A stretch of 64,000 nucleotides of DNA. Origin: Candidatus Moraniibacteriota bacterium. GTDB taxonomy: Bacteria; Patescibacteriota; Minisyncoccia; Moranbacterales; UBA1568. Both the position numbers and the translations under genes were made by a program. The stretch is from NCBI GenBank assembly GCA_023261645.1, contig JAHFOO010000001.1, forward strand, positions 3,871 to 67,870, given 5' to 3'. This document shows, piece by piece, positions 17,417-27,312 of this stretch (the stretch's first letter is position 1; every line of letters starts with the position of its first letter). The notes below the pieces were generated by a model. That model ran no database searches, was not told the origin of the DNA, and was given only the letters and a program-made list of their open reading frames with translations.

Positions 17417-17638
17417 ATGCCATCAATCTTTGGGATCAGCTATCTCCTTCTTTTTTTCAGCTATATTCTGATTGCTCTTTTTGTTGTCTATCACATTTTT
17501 CGTTTTTCGCTGAAACGAGGTACCGCTCTTTTCGGTGTCACTCTTTTTTCCACTGTTTTTTTCGTATTGCTTATCACCAACACTTTGCTCTTCTTGTCAT
17601 TACCATTCAGCGATCTCTTTTCTCATTTTTCTCAATAA
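17417..17638 (+). CDS. Small hydrophobic membrane protein (about 73 aa)
   Basis: MPSIFGISYLLLFFSYILIALFVVYHIFRF... has two predicted TM helices. The start is uncertain; the track ORF from 17114 overlaps ruvB. Confidence 0.3.
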   Translation: MPSIFGISYLLLFFSYILIALFVVYHIFRFSLKRGTALFGVTLFSTVFFVLLITNTLLFLSLPFSDLFSHFSQ

Positions 17639-17644
17639 TCGCCT

Positions 17645-18190
17645 ATGTCCTACGCGTTTCATCCCTATCATTTCGCTTCACAACGTGAAGGTGAGGAGGT
17701 TGTCCAGGTCATCCATCGCCACTGGTTCAATATCCTTTCTCGTTTCCTTCTTATTCTTCTTTTTTCTTTTCTTCTCATCGGAAGCCTCATAGTATTCCTC
17801 CTTCTTTTTCCTGATATATTCAGTGCCGGTGGGAAGGAATTCTTCATCTTTATGGAAAATACTTTCTTCATTTTCGTATGGCTTTTCGGTTTTCTCACCT
17901 GGATTGATTACTACTTCGACATCTGGATCATCACCAACCAGCGCATTGTGAATATCGAGCAGAAGGGACTCTTCGATCGCCATATCAGCGAACTCAACTT
18001 CTCCCGTATCCAAGACGTCACCACGACCGTGGAGGGCATCATTCCTACTGTCCTTAATTTCGGCGACGTCTTCGTACAGACCGCCAGTGAACAAGAGCGA
18101 TTTCTCTTTCGTATGGTGCCAGATCCTTACAAAATCAAGGACACTATTATGAAAATCTCCGAGCGTAATCGCTCTGATGGCACTCATTAG
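17645..18190 (+). CDS. Membrane-anchored bacterial PH-domain (bPH_2/YdbT-like) protein
   Basis: Two TM helices followed by an IWIITNQRIVNIEQKGLFDRHISELNFSRIQDV beta-rich segment typical of bPH_2. Confidence 0.45.
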   Translation: MSYAFHPYHFASQREGEEVVQVIHRHWFNILSRFLLILLFSFLLIGSLIVFLLLFPDIFSAGGKEFFIFMENTFFIFVWLFGFLTWIDYYFDIWIITNQRIVNIEQKGLFDRHISELNFSRIQDVTTTVEGIIPTVLNFGDVFVQTASEQERFLFRMVPDPYKIKDTIMKISERNRSDGTH

Positions 18191-18237
18191 GGGGGAGTAT
18201 ACGCGTATTCAGATATTATCCATATTTTCATATAACT

Positions 18238-18960
18238 ATGTCAGGACATTCACATTGGGCCACCCATAAACACCAAAAAGGTATCAATGATGCCAAACGA
18301 GGCATTATTTTCACCAAATATGGGAGATTGATTACTATTGCTGCCCGTGAAGGCGGAAGCGGCAATCCGAGTATGAATTTCAAACTCCGCCTCGCTATCG
18401 ACCAGGCAAAGGGCGTCAATATGCCGAAAGAAAACATCGATAGGGCCATCAGGGTCGGCACAGGAGACTCAAAAGATGGAGCACAGATCGAAGAGATCCT
18501 CTATGAAGGCTATGGTCCGGGTCAAGTCGCACTCATCATCGAGACGGCTACCGATAACAGGAATCGTACCGTCAGCGAAATAAAGTCTCTACTGACGAAA
18601 GGAAACGGAAAGTTCGTCGCGTCCGGTGCTGTCAGTTTTATGTTCCGTCGCGTCGGTCTTATCACTTTTTCACTCGAAAAAAATGGCGCAGAAACATTTG
18701 AACTGGAGACTATCGAATCTGGTGCTGATGATTTCTTTGTGGAAGAGAATCTTTTTATTGTCGTGACAGCAATAGACAAACTTCAATCTGTCGAGGAATA
18801 TTTCCGAAAAAAGAACTTTCTCTGCGAAAGCGCCGAACTCGGGTATGTACCACTCCAAACTGTCACACCGAATGAAGAAGAGATGCTTTCCTTGGAAAAA
18901 CTCCTGGAAACCCTCGATGAACATCAAGACGTTCAGCGGGTATGGAACAACCTCTCATAG
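18238..18960 (+). CDS. yebC: YebC/PmpR-family transcriptional regulator
   Basis: MSGHSHWATHKHQKGINDAKRG N-terminus is diagnostic of YebC. About 240 aa. Confidence 0.85.
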   Translation: MSGHSHWATHKHQKGINDAKRGIIFTKYGRLITIAAREGGSGNPSMNFKLRLAIDQAKGVNMPKENIDRAIRVGTGDSKDGAQIEEILYEGYGPGQVALIIETATDNRNRTVSEIKSLLTKGNGKFVASGAVSFMFRRVGLITFSLEKNGAETFELETIESGADDFFVEENLFIVVTAIDKLQSVEEYFRKKNFLCESAELGYVPLQTVTPNEEEMLSLEKLLETLDEHQDVQRVWNNLS

Positions 18961-19061
18961 TCAGTTAACAATAAACAAAAAGCAATCAACGCCTACTTAA
19001 TCCCTCTCTCTGCCTTGTCTTTTTGTTACTGTTGACTGTTAATTGTTATCTGTTCACTGTT

Positions 19062-19553
19062 ATGAGAATTCTCGGCATCGATCCTGGCACAGCAACGGTG
19101 GGCTGGGGGGTGATAGAAATACAGGGTAGCAAAACCACCACTGTAGCGTTCGGACATATAAGTACGAGCAAAGACCTGTCTCCCGAGAAACGATTGGCAG
19201 AAATATCAAGCGACCTCGAAGGCATCGTGAAGAAGTACCAACCGGAGGAAGCAGCCGTCGAAGAACTTTTCTTTTTCAAAAATCAAAAAACCATTATTTC
19301 GGTCGCACAGGCTCGCGGTGTTATTCTCTTGACTTTAGAGAATTTATGTGTTAATATTTCCGGTTATACGCCTCTTGAAGTGAAACAGGCATTGACAAAT
19401 TATGGTAGAGCAGACAAGACTCAGGTACAATTGATGGTGAAGACCATTCTCAAACTCAAAGAAATTCCCAAGCCTGATGACACCGCTGATGCTCTGGCTA
19501 TAGCGCTCTGCCATGCCAGTCGTCGTAAAATGGAGGCTGTAAGAAATTCCTAA
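19062..19553 (+). CDS. ruvC: Crossover junction endodeoxyribonuclease RuvC
   Basis: MRILGIDPGTATVGWGV and the RuvC catalytic layout. The track ORF starts upstream at a non-ATG codon. Confidence 0.85.
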   Translation: MRILGIDPGTATVGWGVIEIQGSKTTTVAFGHISTSKDLSPEKRLAEISSDLEGIVKKYQPEEAAVEELFFFKNQKTIISVAQARGVILLTLENLCVNISGYTPLEVKQALTNYGRADKTQVQLMVKTILKLKEIPKPDDTADALAIALCHASRRKMEAVRNS

Positions 19554-19564
19554 TGCCTAATATC

Positions 19565-19584
19565 CCTGCCTGCCGGCAGGCAAG
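19565..19584. repeat. GC-rich palindromic intergenic repeat, copy 4 (CCTGCCTGCCGGCAGGCAAG)
   Basis: Contains the 14-bp perfect palindrome GCCTGCCGGCAGGC. Lies 80 bp upstream of the 7TM gene. Confidence 0.5.
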
Positions 19585-19666
19585 TAATGCTTAATAAAAT
19601 TCACAATTTTTAAATTCAAGGGGTGAAAACCTTTTAGAAATTAGAAATTGATTATTAGAAATTCTT

Positions 19667-20323
19667 ATGTTGTATCATCCTCTTGTCATTTTTTTCATCG
19701 AACAGGGCGTACCGGTACAAACAGTCCTCCTTCTTTTGATGCTTCCTGTCGTGGCGACACTCGTCGCTTTTTTCCGTCAGGTCGTAGGCATCAAAGCCTT
19801 CGGTATCTATACGCCATCACTCATCACTTTTGCTCTGCTCGCTTTCGATCCGAATGGGTTGAAATATGGCATCACTATTTTTGTCAGTGTCATATTGGTC
19901 GGTATGGTAACACGTTTTATCCTCAATAGATTTCGCCTTCTTTATCTGCCTCGTGTCGCCATAACGCTTTCCATCGTCTCGCTTACCATTCTTCTTATTC
20001 TCGTCACTGGCGGGATGTATCAGCGTACTGGGCTGGCATCCGTGAGTATTTTTCCTCTCCTTATTATGATCACTCTCGCGGAAAAATTTGTTGCAACCCA
20101 AATCGAGAAAGGAAGTCGGGCCGCTTTCATTCTGGCAGCTGAAACACTTGTTATTTCCATCGTCGGATATTTTCTCGTCAGTTGGCAGACACTCACTGTT
20201 TTGATCCTTGAATACCCCTGGATCATACTCTTTACTTTCGTCATCAATTTTTCTTTGGGAAAATGGACAGGGTTACGCATCACGGAATATTTTCGTTTTC
20301 GAAAGATTGCTCGTCATCTCTAG
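19667..20323 (+). CDS. Polytopic (about 7-TM) membrane protein, first gene of the ATP-grasp module
   Basis: 218 aa, hydrophobic throughout, with six or seven predicted TM helices. Lies immediately upstream of two ATP-grasp genes, which recalls the 7TM partners of RimK-related ligases. Confidence 0.5.
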   Translation: MLYHPLVIFFIEQGVPVQTVLLLLMLPVVATLVAFFRQVVGIKAFGIYTPSLITFALLAFDPNGLKYGITIFVSVILVGMVTRFILNRFRLLYLPRVAITLSIVSLTILLILVTGGMYQRTGLASVSIFPLLIMITLAEKFVATQIEKGSRAAFILAAETLVISIVGYFLVSWQTLTVLILEYPWIILFTFVINFSLGKWTGLRITEYFRFRKIARHL

Positions 20324-20377
20324 ATTTTTTTTATTTAATGCGGTGAGATTCCTGACAGACTCTCCCCCTTCTCCGCT

Positions 20378-21796
20378 ATGTTCGAATTTTTCAAAAAAAG
20401 CCAGGGTTTCTTGGGTATGAATTCCCGGAACCTGGAGTATATCCGTCCGAACAACCGTAAGCGCGGAATGGAGATAGCGGACAGCAAGCTTCTCTGTAAG
20501 CGTATTCTGAAAAAAAATAACCTCGGCGTTTCCACTCTCATCGCGAAAATAAAAAACTATGAGGAACTCGATCAATTCGATTTTTCGACACTCCCCGACA
20601 GTTTCGCACTGAAACCGAATCGTGGTTTCGGTGGAGAAGGAATCATCGTCGTATACGCTCGAAAAAAACTCGCTCGCAATACTACGGACGAAAACAAGAA
20701 TAATGTGTGGATCAAAGCCAATGGATCAACCATCACAGCCGAAGATCTGAAAAGTCATATCCGCAATATCATCGATGGATCCTTTTCTCTTTCAAGCGTT
20801 CCTGATATCGCCTTTTTCGAAGAACGGCTGAAACTTCTCAAACTTTTCAAGCCCTACTCCTATAAAGGTATTCCTGATATCCGTATCATCATTTTCAACC
20901 GAGTGCCTGTTATGGCGATGCTCCGTCTGCCTACGCGTGCTTCTGATGGCAAGGCCAATCTCCAGCAGGGGGCGATCGGTGTCGGTATCGACCTCGCCAC
21001 AGGTACCACAACGACAGCTATTCTCGGTAAAGGCCATCTTATCGAATATATTCCCGGTACTCGACTTGCTCTTTCGGGAATCAAAATCCCCTACTGGAAG
21101 AATATTCTCCGTATGTCCATCGATGCTCAGTCGGTATCGCACCTCGGCTTTCTTGGAGCCGATATCGCCATCGACCGTGATCGAGGGCCGGTCATTCTCG
21201 AGCTCAATGCTCGCCCTGGCCTTTCCATCCAACTCGCGAACTCAAGCGGACTCAAAGAGCGCCTGAAGCGTATCTCGGGACTTAAGATAAAAACTACCGA
21301 ACGTGGTATGCGCGTCGGAATGAATCTTTTCGGCGGCGAGATCGAAGAAGAGATCGAAGAAATTTCAGGTAAACGCGTCATCGGCAGCGTAGAAAAAATC
21401 AAACTCATCGGCAAAGATGGCAGGGAAATCGAGGTCGAGGCGAAAATCGATACCGGTGCCGACTCAACCTCTATCGATATCGAACTTGCTAAACAATTGG
21501 GGTTCGGAGACGCTTTGAAAACATTTGAAGAAAAAGTGGGAGGAAGAGATGTTCTCACTGAACTTTCCAAGGAGGAACGCGAGAAACTCTTTTCTTCCAT
21601 TCCCGATCTTGCTGATACTGTTCCTATAAAATCTTCTCATGGGTATTCATATCGTCCGATCGTACTTACAACACTCATTATCGATTCCATTCCCATTCCG
21701 GCAAAAGTTTCTTGTATTGATCGTTCTCATCTCTCATACCCTGTTATCATAGGTCGTAAACATTTGAGAAAATTTCTCATCGATATCAATAAATAG
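20378..21796 (+). CDS. RimK-related ATP-grasp ligase fused to a C-terminal retropepsin-like (PF05618-type) aspartyl protease domain
   Basis: ATP-grasp blocks FALKPNRGFGGEGIIVV and ADIAIDRDRGPVILELNARPG. C-terminal EKIKLIGKDGREIEVEAKIDTGADSTSIDIELAKQLGF carries the DTGA aspartyl-protease motif. Confidence 0.7.
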   Translation: MFEFFKKSQGFLGMNSRNLEYIRPNNRKRGMEIADSKLLCKRILKKNNLGVSTLIAKIKNYEELDQFDFSTLPDSFALKPNRGFGGEGIIVVYARKKLARNTTDENKNNVWIKANGSTITAEDLKSHIRNIIDGSFSLSSVPDIAFFEERLKLLKLFKPYSYKGIPDIRIIIFNRVPVMAMLRLPTRASDGKANLQQGAIGVGIDLATGTTTTAILGKGHLIEYIPGTRLALSGIKIPYWKNILRMSIDAQSVSHLGFLGADIAIDRDRGPVILELNARPGLSIQLANSSGLKERLKRISGLKIKTTERGMRVGMNLFGGEIEEEIEEISGKRVIGSVEKIKLIGKDGREIEVEAKIDTGADSTSIDIELAKQLGFGDALKTFEEKVGGRDVLTELSKEEREKLFSSIPDLADTVPIKSSHGYSYRPIVLTTLIIDSIPIPAKVSCIDRSHLSYPVIIGRKHLRKFLIDINK

Positions 21797-21856
21797 CGCT
21801 TTCTCGATATTTTTTCCTTATGAAGCTTCATTATAATTTTCTTAACCATAAAAAAT

Positions 21857-22852
21857 ATGCCATTGAAAGATTATATCAAGAACATCAAGCACGGCGGTTT
21901 CAAATCTTTTTTGAAAAAAGCTGTAGAGCTTGGCGTACAAATAGAAATGATTGAAGAGGGGGGATCTCCTATTCTGAAGCTGCACTATCAAGGTAAATCT
22001 ATTTTTTGTTATAAAAGAAATCTGCCTATCTATAAAAGAATGGGTAATCTTACAAAAAACAAAGAGGTAACAAAAACGATTCTCACCGCCTCAGACATAC
22101 AGACACCAAAAGGGATCACAGCCACCTCTCTTCAAGAAGCCTTGAAACTTGTCCGGGAGAGAAAATTAAAATATCCACTCATCTGTAAACCTGTCGACGG
22201 ATCTTTAGCAAAAGGGATGACGTGGGATATCGCTTCCCCCCAAGAACTTCGTGTGGCTATCGTCTATGCAAAAAATGCCTATGGTCGACGCCCGCGGTCG
22301 AGATTTCTGGTCGAAGAAATGTTTGTTGCGAACGAATATCGTGTCTTGGTATTCAATGGTAAGGTACTTTCCTGTGTACAAAAGATTTCTGCAGGAATCA
22401 CCGGTGACGGCGTTTCTTCCATAGAAGAGTTGATTGCTCATTTCAACAGTAAACGATTGTCTGGTTTTGAAATCAAGCTCGATAAAATCGCAAAAGAAAC
22501 TCTCAAGCTACATTCTCTCTCTCTTCAATCCATTCTTCCAAAAAACCACTTCTTCAAACTACGAAACAATCTCAATATGTCTGATGGGGGGAGATCAATC
22601 GAATGTACAAAAAAGATGCATCCTTATTTCAAAGATATTTGTGTGCGTGCCGCTGAGGCTGTAGGACTTACTTATGGAGGGATCGATTTTTTTGCAAAAG
22701 ACATCACTTCCAAGAAGAGCGAGTATGTTATTCTCGAAATAAACCCCAATCCGTTCTACAATATGCATGAAAAACCACTCGTGGAAGGAAAGGGCGTCGA
22801 TGTCTCAAGTGAGATTCTTAGAAGTATTTTCCCTCGATTAAGTAAAAAATAA
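21857..22852 (+). CDS. Stand-alone ATP-grasp protein resembling the N-terminal domain of cyanophycin synthetase
   Basis: LICKPVDGSLAKGM, ITGDGVSSIEELIAHFNSKRLSGFEIKLDKI (compare the CphA GDGxSTIxELI region) and YVILEINPNP. No Mur-ligase domain is present. Confidence 0.6.
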   Translation: MPLKDYIKNIKHGGFKSFLKKAVELGVQIEMIEEGGSPILKLHYQGKSIFCYKRNLPIYKRMGNLTKNKEVTKTILTASDIQTPKGITATSLQEALKLVRERKLKYPLICKPVDGSLAKGMTWDIASPQELRVAIVYAKNAYGRRPRSRFLVEEMFVANEYRVLVFNGKVLSCVQKISAGITGDGVSSIEELIAHFNSKRLSGFEIKLDKIAKETLKLHSLSLQSILPKNHFFKLRNNLNMSDGGRSIECTKKMHPYFKDICVRAAEAVGLTYGGIDFFAKDITSKKSEYVILEINPNPFYNMHEKPLVEGKGVDVSSEILRSIFPRLSKK

Positions 22853-22919
22853 AGACTTTTAAACCTTCTCTTTTTGTTCATTTCGTGCTATACAATAAAG
22901 ATACGTATCATATATTGTT

Positions 22920-25481
22920 ATGGCATTTTTTCACAAAAGGCGACAAATTCCTGGCTTAACTAAGCCACGATGGAGATATTGGCCGATTCTTTGGAAAACG
23001 GCACTTATTTCCTTTATCTTACTTGTCCTTCTTGCTATCGGCACATTTGCCTATATTGCCAAAGACCTTCCGAACCCAGGAATGATCAATCAGCGTGTCA
23101 TCGTCGAATCGACCAAGATCTATGATCGAACTGGTACTCACCTCCTCTATGATGTACATGGTGAAGAAAAACGCACGGTCATCGCTTTTTCTGATATGCC
23201 CGATGTCATCAAATATGCCACTATCAGCCTTGAGGATCAGGATTTTTATAACCACTATGGAATAAAAATTTCCTCTATTCTCCGTTCGATATTTAAAGAT
23301 GTTACTCAGCTCGGTAAGGCCCAGGGAGGATCGACTATTACACAACAATTTGTCAAAAATTCCCTGCTCACCAATGAAAAAACACTGCTTCGTAAGGTCA
23401 AAGAGGTTATTCTTTCCCTTGAAATAGAAACGAAGTTTTCCAAAGACGAGATCCTTGCTATGTATTTAAATGAAATACCTTACGGATCAAACGCTTATGG
23501 TATCGAGGCCGCATCTCAGACTTTTTTTGGAAAACCTGCTCGTGAACTGACGCTCGATGAGGCCGCTCTCATCGCATCACTCCCCCAAGCTACTGCATAC
23601 TATTCGCCCTATGGTTCACACACGGATGCTCTCATCGGGCGGAAAGATTTTGCTCTCAAGACGATGGCGCGTCTCGGATATATCACAGAAGAACAGGCGA
23701 CAGAAGCCATAAATACCAACACTCTTGACAAGATACAACCACAGAAGGATATCATTGCGGCCCCGCATTTCGTTATGTATATCAAAGACTATCTCCAGCA
23801 AAAATATGGTGACCAGGCCGTCGAACAAAGCGGTTACAAAGTGATTACCACTCTTGATTGGGACAAGCAACAGGTTGCTGAACAGGCAGTACGTGAAGGT
23901 TCTCTTAATAACAAAAAATGGAAGGCTGCTAATGCCGCTCTTGTGGCAATGGATCCTAAAACGGGACAGATTCTCGCTTTGGTCGGCTCAAAAGACTATT
24001 TTGGCGCTTCAGAACCGGCCGGCTGTATTTCTGGAAAAACCTGTGTTTTCGAGCCAAATTTTGATGTGGCTATCGCACAAAGACAGCCTGGGTCTTCTTT
24101 CAAACCATACGTGTATTTAGCAGCCTTCACGAAAGGGTATCTTCCTGAAACCATTCTTTATGATACAAAAACTCAGTTTGAAACAGCGGAGGGAAAGAGT
24201 TATGAACCAAACAATTATGATGGAAAATTCCACGGACCACTTCCAATGATGAAAACTCTTGGTGGGTCCCTTAATATCCCTGCGGTTAAAACACTCTATC
24301 TTGTCGGTGTGAATAATGCTATTTCACTCGCAAAAAATCTCGGTATCACCGGCCTCAATGATCCTTCTCGGCTCGGGCTCTCTCTCGTCTTGGGCGGTGG
24401 CGAAGTAAAACTCCTCGATCATGTCAGTGCTTATAGTACTCTTGCTACCGGCGGTATCAAACATAAACAAACAGCCATTCTTCGTATTGAAGATGCGAAA
24501 GGAAACATACTTGAAGAATTCAAACCGGATGCTGGTGAACGCGTGGTAGAGGAAAAATACGTCGCTATGCTTGATTCTATTCTCTCAAACAATGATAATA
24601 GAGCGTGGGTGTTTGGTGATAATTCCCCTCTGCGTTTTGATAATCGTCCTGTCGTTGCAAAAACAGGCACTACCAACGAATTCCGTGATGGATGGACCAT
24701 CGGCTATACTCCATCTCTCGCTGTCGGCGTATGGGCCGGAAATAATAACAATGCACCTATGGTGACCGGTTCGGATGGTGTCAATGTAGCTGCTCCGATC
24801 TGGCGTGCTTTCCTCGATCAATCACTCACAAACTATGCCATTGAAGATTTTCCGAAGTATACTCCTGATGATGAAATAGGCGATGGGGATGGAAAAACGA
24901 ATAAACCGATGCTTGCAGGCAAGCTCGAAACGGAAAAAAACCTGAAGGTTTGTAGTATTCCTGGAGACAAAGGGAATTATTGTCTCGCAAATAAATATTG
25001 TCCTGATAATGAATCTGATAAAAAGGATTTTGTAAGCACTCATGATATCTTATACTACGTAAACCGTGATGACCCACGAGGGCCTATTCCAGACAAACCG
25101 GAAAATGATCCTCAATACAAAAATTGGGAGAAGGGTGTAGAAGAGTGGTATAAAAATCAGAAAGACTCCACACATGGCTCTCCTCCTACGGATGAGTGTA
25201 AGGAAAGCGATTTCAAAAAATTTCAGCCGAGTATTAGTCTTACAACCGCAGGAAGTTCATCCTCCTCATCTATAACTCTGAGTGCAAATGTAAATGCTCC
25301 TTATGGCGTGGATTCTGTCACTTATTTGGTAGATGGCTCAGAAGTAGGCTCGACATCTTCAAATCCTTATTCGATTAATTATACTGTTTCTACTCCTTCT
25401 ACTATAACCATAGAGGTTGAAATGAAAGATAAAAACGGTAATACCGCACATGATAGTAAACATATGAGTGTTAGTTTTTAA
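22920..25481 (+). CDS. ponA: Class A penicillin-binding protein (bifunctional transglycosylase/transpeptidase)
   Basis: TM anchor and GT51 motifs (EDQDFYNHYGI, GGSTITQQ), then a transpeptidase region and a Ser-rich linker with a C-terminal beta-domain. 853 aa. Confidence 0.85.
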   Translation: MAFFHKRRQIPGLTKPRWRYWPILWKTALISFILLVLLAIGTFAYIAKDLPNPGMINQRVIVESTKIYDRTGTHLLYDVHGEEKRTVIAFSDMPDVIKYATISLEDQDFYNHYGIKISSILRSIFKDVTQLGKAQGGSTITQQFVKNSLLTNEKTLLRKVKEVILSLEIETKFSKDEILAMYLNEIPYGSNAYGIEAASQTFFGKPARELTLDEAALIASLPQATAYYSPYGSHTDALIGRKDFALKTMARLGYITEEQATEAINTNTLDKIQPQKDIIAAPHFVMYIKDYLQQKYGDQAVEQSGYKVITTLDWDKQQVAEQAVREGSLNNKKWKAANAALVAMDPKTGQILALVGSKDYFGASEPAGCISGKTCVFEPNFDVAIAQRQPGSSFKPYVYLAAFTKGYLPETILYDTKTQFETAEGKSYEPNNYDGKFHGPLPMMKTLGGSLNIPAVKTLYLVGVNNAISLAKNLGITGLNDPSRLGLSLVLGGGEVKLLDHVSAYSTLATGGIKHKQTAILRIEDAKGNILEEFKPDAGERVVEEKYVAMLDSILSNNDNRAWVFGDNSPLRFDNRPVVAKTGTTNEFRDGWTIGYTPSLAVGVWAGNNNNAPMVTGSDGVNVAAPIWRAFLDQSLTNYAIEDFPKYTPDDEIGDGDGKTNKPMLAGKLETEKNLKVCSIPGDKGNYCLANKYCPDNESDKKDFVSTHDILYYVNRDDPRGPIPDKPENDPQYKNWEKGVEEWYKNQKDSTHGSPPTDECKESDFKKFQPSISLTTAGSSSSSSITLSANVNAPYGVDSVTYLVDGSEVGSTSSNPYSINYTVSTPSTITIEVEMKDKNGNTAHDSKHMSVSF

Positions 25482-25503
25482 TATTTTATGTTTTTATTTT
25501 AAA

Positions 25504-25530
25504 AATCCCCGTAAAGTACGGGGATTTTTT
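25504..25530. terminator. Bidirectional rho-independent terminator between convergent ponA and dciA-like genes
   Basis: ATCCCCGTA / TACGGGGAT stem flanked by an A-run and a T-run. Confidence 0.5.
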
Positions 25531-25819
25531 ATATTTGTTGGGTAATTTTAATTTCTTTTATTTCTTCACTCCCAAGAACTGCATTCATACGCTCTGCAAG
25601 ATGAACACGTGTAAGATATATCTCACTTGCCCATAAGGAACTCCGCGGTGAAAGAAAGAGTTTTTTATCTTTATAAAAGCTCGGAATAATATTTTCTCCA
25701 CCACGTACACCATATTCTTCCACTAAAATACGCTTCGCAATATGAAAAATTGTTTTTTCATCAATTATTTTAAGTGAACTCCGTTGTTTTTTAGGAAGAA
25801 GATCTTTTAAAGTACGCAT
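25529..25819 (-). CDS. DUF721-domain protein (DciA-like helicase-loader family)
   Basis: About 96 aa. LFLSPRSSLWASEIYLTRVHLAERMNAVLG matches the DUF721 pattern. Position next to dnaN is conserved. Confidence 0.5.
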   Translation of the reverse strand: MRTLKDLLPKKQRSSLKIIDEKTIFHIAKRILVEEYGVRGGENIIPSFYKDKKLFLSPRSSLWASEIYLTRVHLAERMNAVLGSEEIKEIKITQQI

Positions 25820-25899
25820 ATTATATCAATCGGTAAATAAATGATCATATATGACTTATTTTCCTTTTTATAATTTCCATTTATTATTTAATTTAACTA

Positions 25900-27051
25900 C
25901 TATTTTCTTATTGGCATCATAATATAAAGATAATTTTCCGTAAGAGTAGTATTTTCCTTATTTTGTATACGAAGTGCTGCAGGAGTAACTCCATCATTGG
26001 CTAAAAAGAGTATTTTTTCACTTACGAGAGCGTTTATTCCTTCTAAGACATAACGTGGATTAAAAACAATAGTAAGTGGTTCTGTACCTTGTTGTATTTC
26101 TATCGGTAATACGGTCTTATTTTCCCCTATTTCCTGCGATGCTGATGATATGGTACATATTTTTTCTTCTGGTTGAAAAAGAAGTGTTATTTCACCTGAA
26201 TTATATGAAGAAAAACTACTAGCTATTTTTACCGCTCTCTGAAAAGATTCTTTTTCTAAAATAACCTGAAGAGAGAAGCTTTTTGGAATTATTTGTTTAT
26301 AATCTGGGTATTTTCCATTTATAATCCTTGATACGATCTGTACACCATCTATTTCAAAAAATATCTGATTTTCTTTTAAAGCTATCTTTATATCCCTGCT
26401 TTCAGGCGTGATAATATGAATAATTTCATGTAACGTATTCCCAGGAATGATAAGTGATGGGTTTTGAGAAAGGAAATCATTATATCCACTTCCTTGATTT
26501 GTAAAAGGAATTATTTCTTCAGCAAGACGAAAACTGTCTGTGGTAGCAATTTCTATCATATCCTTATAAAAGAAAATATGTACGCCGGTAAGTTCAAGAC
26601 GTGCATTATTCAAACTAATACAGAATAAAAGCCGAGAAAGAGCTGTTTTAAGTTCTTGTGCTGGGAAAGAAAAGAAATATTCTTCTTTATATTCAGGAAT
26701 AATAGGAAAATCCTTCCCATCTAATCCTTTAATTTTTATTTGATAAGAAGTGCTTATTATTTTTAATCCTTCATTATCACTCTCTAATTCGAGAATATCT
26801 CCTAAAGGGAGATTATGTATAAAATTACTTAAAAGTTTTGCTGGTACAGCTATTTTTCCTTCTTTTTCTATTTTTGCTCCTATAGAGGTAATTATTCCTA
26901 TTTCCAAGTTTGTTGCAGAAATTTTTAACCTTCCATTTTCTGTTTCTATTAAGAAATTACTGAGAATAGGAAGAGTTGCTTGTTTTCCTGCTATTTTTTC
27001 CAAATAAGAAATGGCTCGATTAAGGTTTTCTTGTGTACAGATGAGTTTCAT
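25900..27051 (-). CDS. dnaN: DNA polymerase III beta sliding clamp
   Basis: MKLICTQENLNRAISYLEKIAGKQATLPILSNFLIE. 383 aa. Immediately downstream of dnaA. Confidence 0.9.
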   Translation of the reverse strand: MKLICTQENLNRAISYLEKIAGKQATLPILSNFLIETENGRLKISATNLEIGIITSIGAKIEKEGKIAVPAKLLSNFIHNLPLGDILELESDNEGLKIISTSYQIKIKGLDGKDFPIIPEYKEEYFFSFPAQELKTALSRLLFCISLNNARLELTGVHIFFYKDMIEIATTDSFRLAEEIIPFTNQGSGYNDFLSQNPSLIIPGNTLHEIIHIITPESRDIKIALKENQIFFEIDGVQIVSRIINGKYPDYKQIIPKSFSLQVILEKESFQRAVKIASSFSSYNSGEITLLFQPEEKICTISSASQEIGENKTVLPIEIQQGTEPLTIVFNPRYVLEGINALVSEKILFLANDGVTPAALRIQNKENTTLTENYLYIMMPIRK

Positions 27052-27312
27052 AAGACTATATATTAATAGTTTCTTTTAAATTATATTATAAAAACTTCTT
27101 ATTATCATTAGGGGTGTGAATATCTGGATAAGTCATAATAATGCTTTATAAAAGGTATTATTTTTAAGAATATAGAAATGTAATATAAAAGAAAAGTAAC
27201 AAAAGAATATTTTTTCAAAAATAATTAAAGAAGAATCATTTTTTATCCACAAAATTTCTTCTCTTATACAAACACTTTACACGACTTTTAGTGAGTTATA
27301 CAAGATTATACA
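27052..27312. other. Putative oriC / DNA-unwinding region (dnaA-dnaN intergenic)
   Basis: 260-bp region, extremely AT-rich, with a perfect DnaA box TTATCCACA at 27243-27251 and a one-mismatch box (TCTGGATAAG) near 27160. Confidence 0.5.
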
